From: an uncultured Gemmatimonadales bacterium
GTDB lineage: Bacteria > Gemmatimonadota > Gemmatimonadetes > Gemmatimonadales > GWC2-71-9
Assembly (NCBI GenBank): GCA_963825055.1
Contig: CAWGSK010000012.1
Location: 416,001 to 480,000 of the forward strand
Direction: 5' to 3'
DNA length: 64,000 bases
The translations under genes were made by a program, and so were the position numbers. This document shows, one piece after another, positions 60,569-64,000 of this stretch. Each line of letters starts with the position of its first letter. The first letter of the stretch is position 1. Under the pieces are notes generated by a model. That model ran no database searches. It saw nothing but the letters and a program-made list of their open reading frames with translations, and was not told where the DNA came from.

Positions 60569-62274
60569 ACCAGGGGCTGCTGTACCTTGGTAGCCGGACC
60601 CTGCTCAACCGCACCCGGCGGTACCTGCGTCGGCTGCGCGACCCCCGCTACGCCGTGGCGATCATTGCCGGCCTGGCTTACGTCTCCCTCTTCCTGATCC
60701 GCCAGCCGAGCCATGGCAGCGTGGCGGGGCTCCCCGAATGGCTGCCGGCGCTGGGCTCGCTGGGCCTTCTTCTCCTGCTCGCGCGATGGTGGCTCTGGGG
60801 CGGCGACCGCCTCGCCCTGGCGTTCACCGGGGCCGAGGTCCACTTCCTCTTCCCCGCCCCGATCCCCCGGCGCACCCTCCTGCACTGGAAACTGTGGCGC
60901 CCGCAGGGAGCGATTCTCCTCAATGCCATGATCTGGGTGGTGGTGTTCGGGCGCGGCCGGGGCCACTGGTTCGACCTGATTTCCTTCTGGGTCATCTTCT
61001 CCACGATCCACCTGCACCGGGTGGGCGCCGCGCTCGTGCGCGCAAGCCTGCTCGAGCATGGCGGTTCCGGCCTGCGCCGCCAGTGGCCCGCGCTCCTGCT
61101 CCTCCTCGGGGTGACGGCGGGCCTGGCGCTTGGCGTAAGCGAGGCCTGGCCGGCGTTCCAGGCAGTGAACGCCGGCGAACCGGCCGGGATCCTGCGGGCC
61201 CTGGCTGACGCCCTTTCGTCCGCACCCGCGCGCATCGTGCTGGCGCCCCTGCATCTCCTGCTGGCGCCGCTCCGGGCTCCCGCAACCTCGGAGTGGCTCC
61301 GGACCATTTGGCCCGCAGCCGTGCTTCTGGCGCTGCACTACCTGTGGGTCATGCGTTCTGATGCAGCCTTCGAGGAAGCGGCCCTGCGGGCCAGCGCCGA
61401 GCGCGCTCGGAGCCTTCGCGAACGGCCGGGCGGCTCGCCAACCGCCAGGGTGTACCACGGCCGTCCCTGGTTTCCGCTGCGACCGACCGGACCGTCGGCG
61501 GCGGCGATCGTCTGGAAGAACCTCGTCCAGGTCCAGCGGACCCTGCCGGTCCGCGCCATCACCGTCACATTCGGGGTCGTGCTCGTGGTGCTGTTTTTCG
61601 CCATGACCGGTCCCGCGGGGGAGTTTCCCACGCTGCTTGGGGCGTTCGGGGTGGGGATCACGGTGATGCTGGTCCTGTTCGGGCCCGGCAGGATCCGGAA
61701 CGACCTGCGGGGTGACCTGCCGCACCTCGCGCTCCTGCGGTGCTACCCCGTCGAACCCTGGGCCCTGGTCGGGGCGGAAGTGGCCGGCGCGGCACTCGTA
61801 TTGACTGCAGTCGAGCTGTTGGCGTTCGCGCTCTCGCTGGCGGCGTTTACGGCCGGTGGGCCCGGGTTCCTGGACGCCTCGGGCGCGATTCTGATGCTCG
61901 GAGGAGCGCTGGTTATCCTTCTGGTGTTCAACACATTCGCCATCCTGATCCAGAACGCCGGCGCCCTCCTCTTCCCCGCCTGGATACGGGTGGGCCCGTA
62001 CCGGCAGGCCGGCATCGAGGCCCTGGGCCAGCACCTGCTGACGATGACGGCCACCATCCTCCTGGTGGCCGTGTGCCTGATCCCGCCCGTAACAGCCGGT
62101 GTGGCGGGGTGGGCCCTGCTCATCGGTCGGTCTCCCGGCGCGGCCTGGGGGCTGGGTGTCGGGCTTGCCGTCCTCGCGGCGGCTGCGGAGTTCTTCCTCC
62201 TGCTGGGATGGCTCGGTGCCGTCTTCCTGCGGGCGGATCCTTCCGACATGGCTGCGCCAGAGGCGGTCGGGTGA
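60565..62274 (+). CDS. Putative ABC exporter permease
   Basis: Polytopic; FTGAEVHFLFPAP, AIVWKN; ATGA overlap with the ATPase. Confidence 0.8.
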   Translation: MNQGLLYLGSRTLLNRTRRYLRRLRDPRYAVAIIAGLAYVSLFLIRQPSHGSVAGLPEWLPALGSLGLLLLLARWWLWGGDRLALAFTGAEVHFLFPAPIPRRTLLHWKLWRPQGAILLNAMIWVVVFGRGRGHWFDLISFWVIFSTIHLHRVGAALVRASLLEHGGSGLRRQWPALLLLLGVTAGLALGVSEAWPAFQAVNAGEPAGILRALADALSSAPARIVLAPLHLLLAPLRAPATSEWLRTIWPAAVLLALHYLWVMRSDAAFEEAALRASAERARSLRERPGGSPTARVYHGRPWFPLRPTGPSAAAIVWKNLVQVQRTLPVRAITVTFGVVLVVLFFAMTGPAGEFPTLLGAFGVGITVMLVLFGPGRIRNDLRGDLPHLALLRCYPVEPWALVGAEVAGAALVLTAVELLAFALSLAAFTAGGPGFLDASGAILMLGGALVILLVFNTFAILIQNAGALLFPAWIRVGPYRQAGIEALGQHLLTMTATILLVAVCLIPPVTAGVAGWALLIGRSPGAAWGLGVGLAVLAAAAEFFLLLGWLGAVFLRADPSDMAAPEAVG

Positions 62275-62298
62275 CGGCGGCCGAGGACTGAGGTTCCG

Positions 62299-63204
62299 CT
62301 ACCCTCTCGGATGAAACTGCCGGTGGACCGAGCGCAGGTACTCCCGGTCAACGTGAGTGTAGAGCTGGGTCGTACTCAGGTCCGCGTGTCCCAGCATCTC
62401 CTGCACCGCCCGCAGGTCCGCGCCGCCTTCCAGGAGATGGGTCGCGAAGCTGTGCCGCAGGGTGTGCGGCGTGACCCGCTTCTCGATGCCGGCGGCCTCC
62501 GCCCACTTCCGTACGATGCCCCAGGCACCCACGCGTGAGAGCGGCTGTCCGCGGGCATTCAGGAGCAGGCGGTTCGCGCTCCGTCCGCGGTCGAGCTCAG
62601 GTCGGAGGGTGTGCAGGTACACCGAGACGACCCCGATCACCGGGCGGCCGATCGGCACGAGTCGTTCCTTCCCACCCTTTCCCATGACGCGGACGAGTGC
62701 CTCGTCCGGAAGGAAATCGCTGCGGGTAAGCCCGCAGACCTCCGACACCCGGAGCCCCGCCCCGTACGACATCTCCAGCAGGGTCCGGTCGCGCCAGGCG
62801 AGCGGTTCGTCCACGCCTGGCGCGGCGAGCAACGCCTCCACCTCCGCAACGCTCAGCACCTCCGGGAGCGTGCGGCCGAGGCGCGGCACCTCGACGCGCT
62901 CGCTGGGGTCGTGATCCACCTCCCCCTCGCCCATGAGGAAGGCGTAGTACGTTCGGATGGCGGAGACCTGCCGCCGGATGGTTGCGGGCGCCAGGCCCAG
63001 GTCCTTGAGCGAGAACACGAAGTCTCGCAGGAGCTTCGGCGTCACCCCGTCCGGCGCGGTCACGCCGTGCAGCTCGGCGAAGCGCGCCATGCGCAGGATG
63101 TCCCGCTCGTAGGCCAGCACGGTATTGGGGCTGTTACCTCCTTCCAGCGCGAGGTAGTCCTGGAAGCCCTCGACCAGGAAGGCCCGGGACAGCCGCCCGC
63201 TCAC
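62299..63204 (-). CDS. xerD: Site-specific tyrosine recombinase XerD
   Basis: GLRVSE, GKGGKER, HTLRHSFATHLLEGGADLRAVQEMLGH, TQLY, FHPR. Confidence 0.92.
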   Translation of the reverse strand: MSGRLSRAFLVEGFQDYLALEGGNSPNTVLAYERDILRMARFAELHGVTAPDGVTPKLLRDFVFSLKDLGLAPATIRRQVSAIRTYYAFLMGEGEVDHDPSERVEVPRLGRTLPEVLSVAEVEALLAAPGVDEPLAWRDRTLLEMSYGAGLRVSEVCGLTRSDFLPDEALVRVMGKGGKERLVPIGRPVIGVVSVYLHTLRPELDRGRSANRLLLNARGQPLSRVGAWGIVRKWAEAAGIEKRVTPHTLRHSFATHLLEGGADLRAVQEMLGHADLSTTQLYTHVDREYLRSVHRQFHPRG

Positions 63205-63998
63205 GGCGAGCCGGCCTGGCGGAGGACACGCACGCGCCGGGCCGACTCTGCCACGTCGTCCGGATCGAGGCCGAGGAGGGTGCCGACCCGGCTCATGACC
63301 TGTTCCTCATGTGGCAGCACCCGATCGTCCGCCAGCACGAGTTCCCAGAAGTGCTCCATGAGCAGCAGGCGTTCGGACAGGAGGTAGTCGTCCCGGATCC
63401 GGCCCGCCAGCTTCGGGAAGCGGGCCGGATCGCGCAGCGACCGGAGCGGCCGGATGGCCTCGTTGAGCCCCCAGCGCTCCTCGAGATAGAGGGCGACCAG
63501 CATGGCCTCGTCGGGACTCAGGCTGGCATCTCCACTGGCCACCTCGGCGAGGAGAGTGGCGGCGGCGAGACGCGCGGTCTGTTCCTGGTTGATCGGGCCG
63601 CTGCCCCGCTGCCCGAAGGCCTGCTCGATGAGGGCCCATGCATCCGATGCGCGCCCGCGGCGGCGACGGACGATCCACCAGGCCACACCTCCAATGGCCA
63701 GTGCCCCGACCACGAGGTACAGCCCGCGGTTGAGCTCGTCGAGCACGGTCGCCATGGTGGTCCACGAGGCGCCAAGCAGCGAGGCGGCCAGAACAATCCC
63801 GCCATACCACAGCGCGGATGCGAGCGCGATCGGCCCGAGCGCCCGCAACGGACTCAGGCCGATGATCCCGGTGAACGGCGCCACGAAGGACCGCACACCC
63901 GGCAGCATCCGGGCGAGGAGGATGCCCCAGAGGCCGAACCGGAGGTATTCGCGCTCGATGAAATGCACCGCGTGCGGTGACATGAGCCGCCGCCCCAG
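63201..63998 (-). CDS. DedA/VTT protein fused to a C-terminal TerB-like domain (5' truncated by window edge)
   Basis: ARMLPGVRSFVAPFTG (DedA); LLAEVASGDASLSPDE and LWELVLADD-like/HEE helical pairs (TerB-like). Confidence 0.72.
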   Translation of the reverse strand: MGRRLMSPHAVHFIEREYLRFGLWGILLARMLPGVRSFVAPFTGIIGLSPLRALGPIALASALWYGGIVLAASLLGASWTTMATVLDELNRGLYLVVGALAIGGVAWWIVRRRRGRASDAWALIEQAFGQRGSGPINQEQTARLAAATLLAEVASGDASLSPDEAMLVALYLEERWGLNEAIRPLRSLRDPARFPKLAGRIRDDYLLSERLLLMEHFWELVLADDRVLPHEEQVMSRVGTLLGLDPDDVAESARRVRVLRQAGSP

Positions 63999-64000
63999 GC

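Noticed and set aside
62299..63204. Phage or island integrase
   Set aside because: Motifs and length match housekeeping XerD; no mobile cargo or att repeats seen

Overview
GC-rich chromosomal segment of an LPS-bearing (diderm) bacterium. Gene content and style suggest Gemmatimonadota; this is inference, not a database match. The window is densely coding, with about 60 CDS and two tRNAs (Gly-CCC, Arg-CCT). Its organising feature is a 28-bp XerCD dif site at 41948-41975. Genes converge on it (about 36 of 41 on + to its left, 19 of 21 on - to its right) and xerD lies about 20 kb away, so this is very probably the replication terminus. DnaA-box-like 9-mers sit right next to dif. Left arm: lpxK, gdh, rlmH, a methyltransferase coupled to bshC, murJ, uvrC, thrC, larC and a TPR protein. 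After tRNA-Gly comes an ~18-kb accessory block (acg/hsp20, FetAB-like ABC, tandem PepSY + two-component system + TolC/MFP/RND, YihY, CPA2, a cytochrome c, GNAT-C39 peptidase + RimK-like ligase). Then follow a sigma54-driven type IV pilin, DUF512-der-plsY-gpsA-merR-surE-pcm-dedA-acyP-apt, tRNA-Arg and an S8 protease. Right arm: a ~16-kb tightly overlapping run kdsB-pyrG-kdsA-kdsC-kdsD-lptC-lptA-lptB-rpoN-glycosylation cluster-dapF, then trpG/pabA, an ABC exporter, xerD and a DedA-TerB fusion. Four clear single-base +1 frameshifts (bshC, yihY, dapF, yfhO) and one probable one (apt) most likely reflect sequencing/assembly error. No CRISPR, transposase or prophage was seen.
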